Notes: generated by a model not told the origin, from the sequence alone. A stretch of DNA of 64,000 nt from Candidatus Stammera capleta (GCA_036689315.1 CP144790.1:169632-233631); one strand, 5' to 3'; counted from the stretch's first letter, positions 50,528-62,822 are shown. Program-made: numbers and translations.

Positions 50528-52135
50528 ATGCTAAAAAATAATTTTATTTATAAAATTATTTCTTATGATTTAAAAAAAAATAAATATAAAGAAATAATAA
50601 CAAGATTTCCACCAGAACCAAATGGTTTTTTACATATAGGTCATGTAAAATCTATATGTATAAATTTTGGAATAATAAAATATTTTAATGGAAAATGTAT
50701 ATTAAGATTAGATGATACTAATCCTAAAACAGAAAAAAAAATATATGTAAATAAAATAAAAAAAGATATAAAATGGTTAGGATTTAAATGGTATAAAAAA
50801 GAAAAATATTCATCTGATTATTTCGAAATATACTATAATTATGCAATAGAATTAATAAAAAAAAATTTAGCATATGTTGATGAATTATCATTAGAAAAAA
50901 TAAAAAAATATAGAGGAAATTTAAAAATTCATGGAAAAAATAGCCCATTTAGAAATAGAAATATATATGAAAATTTATATATTTTTAATAAAATGAAACA
51001 AGGATTTTTTAAAGAAGGAACAAAATGTTTAAGAGCAAAAATTAACATGAAATCTAATAATATTATTTTAAGAGATCCTATTTTATATAGAATAAAAAAA
51101 AATAAACATTTTAAAACAAAAAATAAATGGAAAATATATCCAACATATGATTTTTCTCAATGTATTGCTGATTCAATAGAAAAAATAACTCATTCAATAT
51201 GTACTCTTGAATTTCAAAATAATAAAATTTTATACAATTGGATATTAAATAATATATCAGTAAATCATATTCCAAAACAATATGAATTTTCAAGATTAAA
51301 TATAACAAATACATTAACCTCAAAAAGAAAAATTAAAAAATTAATAAAAAAAAAAATAATTAATAATTGGGATGATCCTAGATTATTAACTATTTCTGGA
51401 ATGAGAAATAGAGGATATACACCTAAATCAATAAAAAATTTTTGTTATTCATTAGGAATAAGTAAACAAGAAAGTAATATAAATATATCAATATTAGAAG
51501 ATTTTTTAAGAAAAGAACTTAATAATAAAAGTAAAAGAATAATGGCTGTTATTAATCCAATAAAAATTAAAATTAATAATTTAAATAAAGAAATAAAAAT
51601 AAAAATTCCTAATCACCCACAAAAAAAAGAAATGGGAGAAAGAGAAATAATTTTACATTCAAAAATATATATAGATAAAAAAGATTTTAATGAAAAAAAA
51701 AAAAATAAATTGTTTTTAGGTAGAATAGTTAAATTAAGATATGCTGGTCTAATAAAAGCAGAAAAAATAATTAAAGATAAAAATAAAAATATTATATATA
51801 TAGAATGTAAATATATGAATTATATTTATAAAAAAAAAAAACAAAAAATTAATATTATTCATTGGGTTTCTGAAAAAAATAGTTTTAAAACAAAATTTAA
51901 ATTATTTGATTATTTATTTAAATGTAAAAATCCAAATAAAGAAAAAAATTTTATTTCTAAAATAAATAAAAAATCATTAATAATAAAAAAAGGTTTAATA
52001 GAGAAATATGCAAAAAAAGCAAAAAAAAATCAAGTTTTTCAATTTGAAAGAGAGGGTTATTTTAAAATAAATATAAATATAAAAAATAATAAAAAAAAAA
52101 TAACATTTAATCATATTGTATCTTTAAAAAAATAA
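50528..52135 (+). CDS. glnS: Glutamine--tRNA ligase
   Basis: 535 aa with HIGH motif RFPPEPNGFLHIGH and KMSKS-equivalent LTSKRK. YPTYDFSQCIADSIEKITHSICTLEF matches E. coli [26 protein letters not shown]. Confidence 0.93.
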   Translation: MLKNNFIYKIISYDLKKNKYKEIITRFPPEPNGFLHIGHVKSICINFGIIKYFNGKCILRLDDTNPKTEKKIYVNKIKKDIKWLGFKWYKKEKYSSDYFEIYYNYAIELIKKNLAYVDELSLEKIKKYRGNLKIHGKNSPFRNRNIYENLYIFNKMKQGFFKEGTKCLRAKINMKSNNIILRDPILYRIKKNKHFKTKNKWKIYPTYDFSQCIADSIEKITHSICTLEFQNNKILYNWILNNISVNHIPKQYEFSRLNITNTLTSKRKIKKLIKKKIINNWDDPRLLTISGMRNRGYTPKSIKNFCYSLGISKQESNINISILEDFLRKELNNKSKRIMAVINPIKIKINNLNKEIKIKIPNHPQKKEMGEREIILHSKIYIDKKDFNEKKKNKLFLGRIVKLRYAGLIKAEKIIKDKNKNIIYIECKYMNYIYKKKKQKINIIHWVSEKNSFKTKFKLFDYLFKCKNPNKEKNFISKINKKSLIIKKGLIEKYAKKAKKNQVFQFEREGYFKININIKNNKKKITFNHIVSLKK

Positions 52136-52167
52136 TAAATATTTTATAAAAAAAAGGAATATATTTT

Positions 52168-52611
52168 ATGCAAAAAAAAAATTTTTCTTTAAGTTTATTA
52201 AATATAGCTGGAGTAGAACCATATAAAAAAAAAAAAAACGAAAAATATATGAATAATTTTCAAATTAAACATTTTAAAAAAATATTAATAGCATTATATA
52301 AACAATTAACTTTTAATATAAAAAAAAAATATTTAATAAAAAATAAAGAAACAATAAATTTTCCAGATCCAATTGATAGAGCTGTACAAGAAGAAGAATT
52401 TACTTTTACACTTTTAAATAAAGATAGAGAAAAAAAATTAATAAATAAAATAGAAAATACTATAAAAAAAATTAAAAATAAAAATTTTGGTTACTGTGAT
52501 AATTGTGGTACTGAAATAGGAATAAAAAGATTAGAAGCACAACCAACTGCTGATTTATGTATAGATTGTAAAATATTATCAGAAATTAAAGAAAAACAAA
52601 TAATAAACTAA
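52168..52611 (+). CDS. dksA: RNA polymerase-binding transcription factor DksA
   Basis: 147 aa. [14 protein letters not shown] and the Zn finger [28 protein letters not shown] are nearly identical to E. coli DksA. Confidence 0.93.
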   Translation: MQKKNFSLSLLNIAGVEPYKKKKNEKYMNNFQIKHFKKILIALYKQLTFNIKKKYLIKNKETINFPDPIDRAVQEEEFTFTLLNKDREKKLINKIENTIKKIKNKNFGYCDNCGTEIGIKRLEAQPTADLCIDCKILSEIKEKQIIN

Positions 52612-52631
52612 ATTAATTAAATTAAAAAAAA

Positions 52632-53498
52632 ATGAAAAAAAAAAATATTTTTTTAGAAAAAATTCATAAAAATATTGGACAATTTGTTTATATTAAATCT
52701 ATTATTTTTGAAAAAAAAACAAAATATCAAAATTTACTTTTATTAAATAATAAAAAATTAGGTAAAGTTTTTATATTAGATAATGTCATTCAAAAAACAG
52801 ATTTTGATGAATTTATATATAATGAAATAATATCATTCGTACCAATATTTTCTCATGAAAATCCTCAAAATATATTAATTATAGGTGGAGGTGACGGAGG
52901 TTGCTTAAATAATATATTAAAAATTAAAAATTTAAAATCAATATTTATAGTTGAAATAGATAAAGATGTAATAGAATGTTCAAAAAAATATTTTTTTGAA
53001 AAAACAAAAAATCCATTTAAAAATAAAAAAGTTAAAATAATAATTGATAATGGTTTTAATTTTTTAAAAAAAAATAAAAAACTTTTTGATATAATTATTG
53101 TTGATGGAACAGATCCTATTGGTCCTGGAAAATGTTTATTTTCTACAGAATTTTATAAATTATGTAAAAAATCATTAAATAAAAATGGTATATTTACATC
53201 TCAAAATGGAGTTTTTCTTTTACAAAAAAAAGAAACATTTTCTAGTTTTTATAAATTAAAAAAAATATTTAAATATTGCGGTTTTTTTCATGCAAATATA
53301 CCTACATATTATGGAGGTATTATGTTATTTTCTTGGGGTTCAAATAACAAAAATATAAAAAATATAAAAATAAATCTTTTAAAAGAAAAAATAAAAAAAA
53401 TAAAATTAATATTTAAATATTATAATCCATATATTCATATTGGTAGTTTTTATCTACCTCAATTTTTATTAAAAGAATTAAATTTATTTAAAAATTAA
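52632..53498 (+). CDS. speE: Spermidine synthase
   Basis: 288 aa with IIGGGDGG and [12 protein letters not shown] motifs. It is upstream of speD as in E. coli. Confidence 0.9.
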   Translation: MKKKNIFLEKIHKNIGQFVYIKSIIFEKKTKYQNLLLLNNKKLGKVFILDNVIQKTDFDEFIYNEIISFVPIFSHENPQNILIIGGGDGGCLNNILKIKNLKSIFIVEIDKDVIECSKKYFFEKTKNPFKNKKVKIIIDNGFNFLKKNKKLFDIIIVDGTDPIGPGKCLFSTEFYKLCKKSLNKNGIFTSQNGVFLLQKKETFSSFYKLKKIFKYCGFFHANIPTYYGGIMLFSWGSNNKNIKNIKINLLKEKIKKIKLIFKYYNPYIHIGSFYLPQFLLKELNLFKN

Positions 53499-53502
53499 AA
53501 AG

Positions 53503-54270
53503 GTGAAAAAATTGAAAAAAATAAAATTAAATGGATTTAATAATTTAACAAAAAATTTAAATTTTTGTATATATAATATTTGTTATACATATCCAAAAAA
53601 AAATAAAATAAAATATATAAATTATATAGATGAAAAATATAAATCTATAAATTTAATAAAAGTATTAAAAGAAATATGTATTATTATAGGAGCTGAAATA
53701 CTTAATATAGCTAAACAAGATTATGATCCTCAAGGAGCAAGTGCAACTTTACTTATAAGTGAAAAAAAAAATAATAATATATTAAAAAATAAAAAAATTT
53801 TATCTCATTTAAATAAAAGTCATATATGTATACATACTTATCCAGAAATTCATCCTAAAAAAGAAATTTGTACTTGTAGATTAGATATAGAAATATCTAC
53901 TTGTGGTTTAATTTCTCCATTAAAAGCATTAAATTTTATTATTAATAAATTTAAATCAGATATTGTTACAATAGATTATAAAATAAGAGGTTTTACAAGA
54001 GATAAAGAAGGAAAAAAATATTTTACAGATCATAAAATAAATTCAATTCAAAAATATATTGAAAAAGATATAAAAAAAATCTATGATATGATAGATGTTA
54101 ATATTTATCAAGAAAATATATTTCATACCAAAATGATTGTTAAATATTTTAAACTTAAAAAATATTTATTTAATATAAATGAAAAAATTTTTAATTCAAA
54201 AAAAAAAAAAAATATTACTTATATTATTTGGAAAGAAATGCAAGAAATATATTATGGAAAAAATATATAA
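53503..54270 (+). CDS. speD: S-adenosylmethionine decarboxylase proenzyme
   Basis: 255 aa with a GTG start. [35 protein letters not shown] (processing-site region), [14 protein letters not shown] and [13 protein letters not shown] match E. coli SpeD. Confidence 0.92.
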   Translation: MKKLKKIKLNGFNNLTKNLNFCIYNICYTYPKKNKIKYINYIDEKYKSINLIKVLKEICIIIGAEILNIAKQDYDPQGASATLLISEKKNNNILKNKKILSHLNKSHICIHTYPEIHPKKEICTCRLDIEISTCGLISPLKALNFIINKFKSDIVTIDYKIRGFTRDKEGKKYFTDHKINSIQKYIEKDIKKIYDMIDVNIYQENIFHTKMIVKYFKLKKYLFNINEKIFNSKKKKNITYIIWKEMQEIYYGKNI

Positions 54271-54285
54271 TTAATTATTAATTAA

Positions 54286-55044
54286 TTAAATAATAGTTAA
54301 AATTTCATATCCTGAATCTGTTACAACAATGGTATGCTCATATTGAGCAGATAAACTTCCATCAATTGTTTTTACTGTTCATCCATCACTTGATATTTTT
54401 GTTCTGTAATCACCTAAATTTACCATAGGTTCAATTGTAATAACCATTCCTTTTTTTAAAAAAAAATTATCATTACTTTTATGATAGTAATGTAAAATTT
54501 TGGGTTCTTCATGAAGAAATTTACCTATTCCATGACCACAATAATCTCTAACAACAGAATATCCTTTATTTTCTACATAATTTTGTATTACTTTTCCTAT
54601 TAAACTTAATTTAACACCATGTTTTATATACTTTAAAGCAACAAAAATACTTTTTTTTGTAACTTTACATAAATTTAAAGCAGAATAATTAACATTTCCA
54701 ACAAAAAACATTTTAGATACATCTGCATAATAATTATTCTTTAATATAGAAATATCAATATTAATTATATCTCCATCCTTAAGTATACAATTTTTATTAG
54801 GTATACCATGACAAACAACATCATTTATAGAAGTACAAATTGATTTAGGAAAATTATTGTAATTTAAAGAAGCAGGATAAGCTTTATAATGTTTTATTAT
54901 TCTATTATGACATATATTATTTATTTCTTCTGTACTAATTCCTGGTTTTATATATTTATTAATATATAATAATATTTTATATGCTATTTTTCCTGATAAT
55001 CTTATTTTATTAATATCTTTTTTTGTTTTTATTAAATTAAACAT
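54286..55044 (-). CDS. map: Methionine aminopeptidase
   Basis: Track ORF 54379-55044 continues through TGA 54379-54381 ([32 protein letters not shown] versus E. coli [32 protein letters not shown]) to TAA 54286-54288. Length is 252 aa. Confidence 0.93.
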
Positions 55045-55135
55045 TTCATTTTACTTTAATTATTATAAATTAATATTTTATATATATAATATTAATTATA
55101 AATTAATAATATTTAAAAAAAAAGGAAAATTAAAA

Positions 55136-55822
55136 ATGAATATATCAATAAAAGAAATGATAAAATCTGGAATTCATTTTGGACATCAAACAAGATATTG
55201 GCATCCTAAAATGAAACAATATATATACAAAAAATATAACAATATTCATATAATTAATTTAGAAAAAACATTAATTTTATTAAAATTAGCTTTAAAAAAA
55301 ATAAATATTTTACAAAAAAAAAAAAAAAAGATTTTATTTGTAGGAACAAAAAAAATAGCTAGTTCTTTAACAAAAAAAATAGCTTGCAAATATAAACAAT
55401 TTTTTGTAAATCATCGTTGGTTAGGTGGGATGTTAACTAATTGGAAAACTGTAAAAAAATCAATAAAAAATTTAAAAAAATTAGAAAAACAAGAAAAAAA
55501 TGGAATTTTTAATAAATTAGTTAAAAAAGAAGCATTATATAAAAAAAAATTATTAATAAAATTAGAAAATAGTATAGGAGGAATTAAAAATATGGAAAAA
55601 TTACCTGATGCATTATTTGTTATTGATGCTAAATATGAAAAAATAGCAATTAAAGAAGCCCAAAAACTTAAAATAAAAATATTTGCTATTGTTGATACTA
55701 ATACAAATCCAGAAGGTATTGATTATATTATTCCTGGAAATGATGATTCAAAAAAATCTATTAAATGGTATATTAATATTTTATCAAAAAATTTAATAGA
55801 AAATATAAAAAAAAAAAATTAA
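55136..55822 (+). CDS. rpsB: 30S ribosomal protein S2
   Basis: 228 aa with MIKSGIHFGHQTRYWHPKM and HRWLGGMLTNW. AAGGA is upstream. It contains an in-frame A16 tract (55314-55329). Confidence 0.95.
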   Translation: MNISIKEMIKSGIHFGHQTRYWHPKMKQYIYKKYNNIHIINLEKTLILLKLALKKINILQKKKKKILFVGTKKIASSLTKKIACKYKQFFVNHRWLGGMLTNWKTVKKSIKNLKKLEKQEKNGIFNKLVKKEALYKKKLLIKLENSIGGIKNMEKLPDALFVIDAKYEKIAIKEAQKLKIKIFAIVDTNTNPEGIDYIIPGNDDSKKSIKWYINILSKNLIENIKKKN

Positions 55823-55829
55823 AAAATAT

Positions 55830-56570
55830 ATGAATATAAAAAATAATTTAATACTTTTAAAAAAATTAAGAAATATTACAAATATAAGTATAATTGAATG
55901 TAAAAAAGCTTTAATAAAAAACAAAAATGATATTAAAAAATCAATAATTTATTTAAAAAAAAAAAATTATAAAATTAAAAAAAAAATATATAATAATAAT
56001 AATGGTTTTATTTTAAATAAAATAATAAAAAATACAGCAGTAATGATACAAATAAATTGTGAATCTGATTTTGTTTCAAAAAATATAGAAATTAAATTAT
56101 TTGCAGAAAAAATATTAAATTTTTATATAAAAAATACAAATTTAAATATAAATAAAATAAAAAATATTTACTCAGAAGAAAAAAATTATTTAACTAATAA
56201 AGTAAAAGAAAATATAGAAATAAATAATTTATGTTTTTTAAAAGGAAATATATTAAGTAATTATTTACATAATTTTAAAATAGGTACTATTTTACATGCA
56301 GAAAAAATAGATAATAAAAAAAATATAAAACAAGAAAAAATAAAAAAAATATCAATGCATATTTCTGCTTTAAATCCTAAATATATAAATAAAAATAATA
56401 TATTAAAAAAATATAAAGATAAAGAAAAAAAAATAAAAAATCTTATTCTAGAAGAACAATTATTTATTTTTGATAATAAAACAAAAGTTAAATATTATTT
56501 ATTAAAAAATAATATTAAAATAAATAATTTTTTTAGATTTGAAATAAAAAAAAATAATAAAATTTTATAA
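55830..56570 (+). CDS. tsf: Elongation factor Ts (shortened)
   Basis: 246 aa with an N-terminal UBA-like LKKLRNITNISIIECKKALIKNKNDIKKSIIYLKKK, and INCESDFVSKN. It follows rpsB. Confidence 0.88.
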   Translation: MNIKNNLILLKKLRNITNISIIECKKALIKNKNDIKKSIIYLKKKNYKIKKKIYNNNNGFILNKIIKNTAVMIQINCESDFVSKNIEIKLFAEKILNFYIKNTNLNINKIKNIYSEEKNYLTNKVKENIEINNLCFLKGNILSNYLHNFKIGTILHAEKIDNKKNIKQEKIKKISMHISALNPKYINKNNILKKYKDKEKKIKNLILEEQLFIFDNKTKVKYYLLKNNIKINNFFRFEIKKNNKIL

Positions 56571-56645
56571 AAATATTTTTTTATTTATAAAAAAGAATAA
56601 TTTACTTTATATAATAAATAAAATAAAATATATATTTATGGTTAT

Positions 56646-56729
56646 GGAGGTATGGCCGAGTGGTTTAAGGCAACGGTCTTGAAAACCGTAAACGATTTTC
56701 GTTCGAGAGTTCGAATCTCTCTGCCTCCG
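56646..56729 (+). tRNA. tRNA-Ser (anticodon UGA)
   Basis: An 84-nt class II tRNA. Acceptor GGAGGTA/TGCCTCC, D-arm GCC-GAGTGGTTTAA-GGC, anticodon stem ACGGT/ACCGT with loop CTTGAAA, long variable arm, T-arm GAGAG-TTCGAAT-CTCTC. It is a local GC-rich island. Confidence 0.92.
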
Positions 56730-56812
56730 TAAAAAATTATAAATATTTAATTTAAATTTTAAATAATATTATTTATTAATAAAATTTATATATATTTTTC
56801 ACTTCATATAAA

Positions 56813-58522
56813 ATGAAAAAAAAAAAAATAGAAAAAATAATAATTGAATTAGAAAAAAAAATAGAAAAATATTCTTTTTATTATTTTAATTTAAATAAAT
56901 CAATTATTGATGATGAAAAATACGATTTTTTAATAAAAAAACTAAAATATTTAAAAAAAAAATATTTAATAAAAACAAATAATATTATAAATATTAATAA
57001 AACAAAATTAAATAAATATACCCCCAAAAAAAAACATAACATACCAATGTTATCTATTGATAATATTTATCATATTGATGAATTTAAAAAATATATATAT
57101 AAATATAAAAAAAAAATAAATAAAAAAAATATAGAATTCTGTTGTGAATTAAAAATAGATGGATTAGCTATAAGTTTAATATATAAAAATAATAAACTAA
57201 TTAGAGGTTTAACAAAAGGAAATTATATTTATGGAGAAAATGTAACTGATAATATAAAAAAAATAGAAAATATACCCAAAATATTAAAAACAAAAAAAAA
57301 TATAAATTATTTGGAAGTTAGAGGTGAAATTTTTATTTCTAAAAAAATTTTTAGTACAATTAATAAAAAAAATTATTTCTCAAATCCAAGAAATTTAGTA
57401 TCAGGTACAATTAGACAATCAAATTCAAAAAAAATTAAAGAAAGAAATTTATTATTTATAGGTTATGATTTAATAAAAAATAAAAAAAATAGAATATTTA
57501 TTTCTAAACAAAATAAATGTTTAGAAAAAATAAAAAAATTAGGATTTTCAATAGAAAAAAATACAAAAATATGTAATTCTATTAAAGAAATAAATTATTT
57601 TTATAATAAAATTATAAATAAAAATTTTGATTATGAAATCGATGGAATAGTTATAAAAATAAATGATAGAAAATTTCAAGAATTAATTGGATATAATTCT
57701 AAATATATAAAATGGTGTATAGCATTAAAATTTCCATCTAAAATAAAAAAAACAAAAATTAAAAATATAATTTTTAAAACAGGAAAAACAGGAATAATTA
57801 CTCCTATAGCAGAAATAAATCCAATTGAATTTGAAGGTGTAAATATAAAAAAAGTAAATTTATATAATTTAAAATATTTATCAAAATTAAATTTATCATT
57901 AAAAGATGAAGTTTTTGTTGAAAGAAGAGGAAATGTAATACCTAAAATAATAAAAATAGAAAAAAAAAATAATAATAATATTATATTACCTGATAAATGT
58001 CCTTCTTGTAATAAAAAAATTTTATTTAATAAAAAAATACCAAAATGTTATTCAAATTTAGAATGTCCAGATCAACTTAAAAATGTTATTAAAAATTTAT
58101 CTTCTAAAAATGGTTTTAATATAAAAGGATTAGGTAAAAATATAATATATAAATTAATAAAAAAAAAATACATTACTTCAATTGAATCTATTTTTAATTT
58201 AAATTATAAAAATTTAATAAAAATATATAACATAAAAAAAAAAATTGCTAAAAAAATTTTATTATCTATAAATAAATCAAAAAATATAAATTTAAAAAAT
58301 TTCATTTTTTCATTATCTATTCCAGGAATAGGTATTTTTACTTCTAATTGTCTTTCTATATATTTTAAATATATAAATAATTTTTTAAATTCTAATATAG
58401 ATAATTTAAAAAAAATAAAAAATATTGGTATAAAAAAAGCTATTATAATAAATAATTATTTAAATAATAAAATAAATATAAAAAATATAAAAAAAATTTT
58501 AAAAAAAATAAAAATAAATTAA
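56813..58522 (+). CDS. ligA: NAD-dependent DNA ligase LigA (no BRCT domain)
   Basis: 569 aa with adenylation motif CELKIDGLAISL, OB-fold region, and four-Cys Zn finger (CPSCNKK...CYSNLECPDQ). It ends after the HhH region (E. coli LigA is 671 aa). Confidence 0.88.
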   Translation: MKKKKIEKIIIELEKKIEKYSFYYFNLNKSIIDDEKYDFLIKKLKYLKKKYLIKTNNIININKTKLNKYTPKKKHNIPMLSIDNIYHIDEFKKYIYKYKKKINKKNIEFCCELKIDGLAISLIYKNNKLIRGLTKGNYIYGENVTDNIKKIENIPKILKTKKNINYLEVRGEIFISKKIFSTINKKNYFSNPRNLVSGTIRQSNSKKIKERNLLFIGYDLIKNKKNRIFISKQNKCLEKIKKLGFSIEKNTKICNSIKEINYFYNKIINKNFDYEIDGIVIKINDRKFQELIGYNSKYIKWCIALKFPSKIKKTKIKNIIFKTGKTGIITPIAEINPIEFEGVNIKKVNLYNLKYLSKLNLSLKDEVFVERRGNVIPKIIKIEKKNNNNIILPDKCPSCNKKILFNKKIPKCYSNLECPDQLKNVIKNLSSKNGFNIKGLGKNIIYKLIKKKYITSIESIFNLNYKNLIKIYNIKKKIAKKILLSINKSKNINLKNFIFSLSIPGIGIFTSNCLSIYFKYINNFLNSNIDNLKKIKNIGIKKAIIINNYLNNKINIKNIKKILKKIKIN

Positions 58523-59931
58523 TTAAAATTTAATTTTTTCATAAAATAATTTATTCTGTATAAAAATTTATCTTTTTGTAAAAGTAAAATTAACATACTT
58601 AAATTAATACCTTTTTCTTTACCAGTTAAACAAAAATTTAACATATAATATATTTTTTTTTTACTAATTATTTTAAATTTAATAAACATTTTACTCAAAA
58701 TACAATTTATATATTTTATATTTCAATTAAAATTATTAACTGAAAAACTATCAAAAATAAATTTTAAAATTTTATAATAAATTAATTTTTTATACTTAAA
58801 ATATATTTTTTTATCTAAAAAAAATATATTATTAATAAATATTTTACATATTTTAACAATATCTAATAATGAATATGAGTTTTTAGAAAAAAAAGTTATT
58901 ATTTCTGAAATATTATTAATTTTTTTTATATCTATTTTTTCATTTATAAAAAAAGGTTTTAAATAATAAAATAATTTTTTATATGAAATATTATATATAT
59001 AATATTTATTTATTCATTTTAATTTATCTATATTTATAATACATGGTGATTTATTAATATCTTTTAAATTAAATAAATATTTCATCTCATTTATATTAAA
59101 TATTTCCTTATTACCATAAGACCAACCTAATCTAATAATATAATTTAATATTGATTCAGGTAAAAAACCATTATTAATATAATTAAATATATTTGAGTTA
59201 ATATTTCTTTTAGATAATTTTTTTTTATTTTTATCTAAAATAATTGGTAAATGAGCATAAAATGGCAATTTATAATTTAAAGAATTTAAAATATTTATTT
59301 GTTTTGGTGTATTATTTATATGTTCATTTCCTCTTATAACATGAGTTATATTCATATAATAATCATCAACAGAAACACAAAAATTATAAGTTGGTATACC
59401 ATTAGATCTTTGAATAACAAAATCATCTAATTCATAATTATTTATTGATATTTTTCCATAAATAATATCATTAAAAAAAATTTTTCCTTTTATATTATTT
59501 TTAAATCTAATAACATAACATTTATTTTTTTTACTAAAAAAATCTTTATTTCTACAAAATCTATCATAAATTGGTTTTATTTTTTTTTTTTTACAAATAT
59601 ATCTTAATCTATTTATTCTTTCTTTTGAACAAAAGCATTTATATGCTAATCCTTTTATTAACATTTTATTAATAATTTCTTTATAAAAAGATAATCTATT
59701 TGATTGAAAAATAGGACCTTCATCCCAATATAAACCTAACCATTCTAATATATAAAAAATATAATCTGAATAATTTTTATTAGATCTATTAATATCTGTA
59801 TCTTCAATACGAAGTATAAATTTTCCATTGTTTTTTCTTGAATATAACCAAGAAAAAAAAGCTGTTCTTATATTACCAATATGTAAAAAACCTGTAGGAC
59901 TTGGAGCAAATCTTGTTATAACAGTAAACAT
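58519..59931 (-). CDS. gltX: Glutamate--tRNA ligase
   Basis: Track ORF 59014-59931 ([23 protein letters not shown]) continues through TGA codons (DKLKWINKYY versus E. coli DKLLWLNHHY) to TAA 58519-58521. Length is 470 aa (E. coli 471). Confidence 0.9.
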
Positions 59932-60037
59932 TAAAAAATATTCTCCTTTAAAAAAAAAATAAAAATTTTATTAAATTAATTTATATAAAAATATATAATA
60001 TATATATTATATTATTTATAAAAAAAAAAAATTAATT

Positions 60038-61834
60038 ATGAAATTATCTATTAAAAATATAAGAAATTTTTCAATTATAGCACATATAGATCATGGTAAA
60101 TCTACATTATCAGATAGAATAATAGAAATATGTACAGGAAAAAAAATAAAAAAAACAGAAGAAAGAATTTTAGATTCAATGGAAATAGAAAAAGAAAGAG
60201 GAATAACAATAAAAGCACAAAGTGTACATTTAAATTATAAAAAAAATAATACTATATATAATTTTAATTTAATAGATACACCAGGACATACAGATTTTTA
60301 TTATGAAGTTTCTAAATCACTAAATATATGTGATGGTGTTCTACTTTTAATTGATTCAACTCAAGGAATAGAAGCACAAACAATTGCTAATTATAATATT
60401 GCTAAAAAATTAAAATTAAAAATTATACCTATAATTAATAAAATAGATTTACCATATTCAAATATAGAAAAAACATTAAATCAAATAAAAAATATATTAA
60501 ATATAAATACAAAAAAAATAATAAAATGTTCAGGAAAAACAGGATACGGTGTTAATTCAATTATAACAGAAATAATAAAAAATATTCCATATCCAAAAGG
60601 TAAAATAAATTTACCTTTTAATGCAATAATAATAGATTCAATATTTGATAAATATTTAGGAATAGCTTTTTTAATAAAAATAAAAAATGGTTTAATAAAA
60701 AAAAAAGATAAAATAAAATTTATAAATAAAAAAAATATATATACTGTAGAAAAAATATATATATATATTCCACAAAAAAAAGAAATTAATTATTTAAATT
60801 GTGGTGAAATAGGATGAATATCATGTAATATAAAAAAAATAGAAAAATTATCAATAAATAATGAAATTATTTCTATAAAAAATACAATAAAAAAAAAATA
60901 TAAATCTTTAAAAGAAATAAAACCACAAATATATGCAGAAATATATCCTATAAATAATAAAGATTTTAATTATTTTGAAAAATCATTAAATAAATTAAAA
61001 TTAAATGATTCATCTTTGTTTTTTAAAAAAAAATCATCTCATATTTTAGGTTTTGGTTTTAAATGTGGTTTTCTAGGATTATTACATATGGAAATAACAA
61101 AACAAAGATTAGAAAGAGAATATAATTTAAATATTATAATAACAACACCTTCAGTTACATATAAATTATATGATAAAAAAAATAAAGTTTATTATATAAA
61201 TAATAATAATAATTTATTACCCAAAAATAAAATAAAAAAAATAAAAGAACCAATATCTACTTGTAATATAATTACTCCACAAAAATATATAGGAAAAATA
61301 ATTAATTTATGTATAAAAAAAAGAGGAAAACAAAAAAAAATATTATTTTATGAAAAAAATGTATTAATTACATATGAAATTCCTACTTCAGAAATAATAA
61401 CAAATTTTTCAGATAAATTAAAATCTATTTCTAGTGGATATGCATCATTTAATTATTCATTTAAAAAATTTAAAAAATCTAATATAGTATCATTAGATAT
61501 TTTAATAAATAAAAAAAAAGTAGAAATATTATCTTCTTTTGTACATAAAAAAAATGTAAAAATTTATGGAAAAAAAATTACAGAAATAATAAAAAAAACA
61601 TTACCAAGACAACAATTTGATATAACAATACAATCAGCTTATAATAATAAAATTATATCAAAATCAAAAATAAAAGCATTAAGAAAAAATGTTACATCTA
61701 AATGTTATGGAGGTGATATTTCTAGAAAAAAAAAATTACTTCAAAAACAAAAACAAGGAAAAAAAAAAATGAAAAAAATAGGTAATATTTTTATTTCTCA
61801 AGAAACATTTTTAAAAATATTAAAAATTAATTAA
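60038..61834 (+). CDS. lepA: Elongation factor 4 (LepA)
   Basis: Track ORFs 60038-60817 and 61016-61834 are in one frame joined through TGA 60815-60817 (GEIGWISC versus E. coli GEVGWLVC). Motifs: IRNFSIIAHIDHGKST, DTPGH, NKID, LGLLHMEI. Length is 598 aa. Confidence 0.93.
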
Positions 61835-61855
61835 TATATATATTAGGAATTAATA

Positions 61856-62809
61856 ATGAAATTTAATTATTTATTATTTATTTTTGTTATTTTTACTGGT
61901 TTTTTTTATTTTTTAAATAAAAATAAAAAAATACAAAATTTTATTAATTCTAATATAAAAAATATTTTTATCTTTAATTATTTTTTTTATTTTATAAATA
62001 AAATATCTAATGAATTTTTTATTATTTTATTTTTTTTATTTATATTTAGATTTTTTTTATATGAACCATTTAGAATACCATCTGCATCAATGATTCCAAC
62101 ATTATTAAAAGATGATTTTATTTTAGTAGAAAAATTTTCTTATAATATAAGAAATCCAATAACAAATAAAATTATATTTTATACAAAAAAACCAAAATAT
62201 GGAGATTTAGTTGTTTTTCAATATCCATATAATAAAAATAATTTATATATAAAAAGAATAATTGGATTACCAAATGATATCATTTTTTATGACGAAAAAA
62301 ATAAAATAATAAAAATATATAAAAAATGTAATAATAAAAAAAAATATTGCTTAAAAAAAAATTTAATTAATTATTCAAATAAAAAAAAAAGTTTACTTAT
62401 TGAAGAAATAATAATAGAAAATAATTCAATTAAAGAATTAATTTTAAATAAAAATAATATTAATATAAAAAAAATACATAAAAAAAATATATATCAATTA
62501 ATTGAATTATTTGAAAAAAAAGAAAAAATAAATAAAAAAGAACATAATATAATTTTAATTCCAAATGAAAAATTTGGTAAATATTTTAATTATATTTATA
62601 AAAATATAAATAAAATATGGTTTATTCCAAAAAATAATTATTTTGTCTTAGGTGATTATAGAGACAATAGTTTAGATAGTAGATATTGGGGTTTTTTAAA
62701 TAAAAATATGTTAATAGGAAAAGCAAAATATATATGGATGAGTTTAGAAAAAGAAAATAATAATTTTTTTTTAAAAATTAGATTAAAAAGAATTGGTAAA
62801 ATTTTTTAA
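61856..62809 (+). CDS. lepB: Signal peptidase I
   Basis: 317 aa with PFRIPSASMIPTL (catalytic Ser), YIKRIIGLPND (catalytic Lys box) and GDYRDNSLDSRYWGF. Confidence 0.92.
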   Translation: MKFNYLLFIFVIFTGFFYFLNKNKKIQNFINSNIKNIFIFNYFFYFINKISNEFFIILFFLFIFRFFLYEPFRIPSASMIPTLLKDDFILVEKFSYNIRNPITNKIIFYTKKPKYGDLVVFQYPYNKNNLYIKRIIGLPNDIIFYDEKNKIIKIYKKCNNKKKYCLKKNLINYSNKKKSLLIEEIIIENNSIKELILNKNNINIKKIHKKNIYQLIELFEKKEKINKKEHNIILIPNEKFGKYFNYIYKNINKIWFIPKNNYFVLGDYRDNSLDSRYWGFLNKNMLIGKAKYIWMSLEKENNNFFLKIRLKRIGKIF

Positions 62810-62822
62810 AATATATATATTT

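Noticed and set aside
62793-62822. TTG start for rnc overlapping the lepB 3' end.
   Set aside because: The ATG at 62823 gives an E. coli-length RNase III with a matching N-terminus (INKLQNKIKYKF versus INRLQRKLGYTF).
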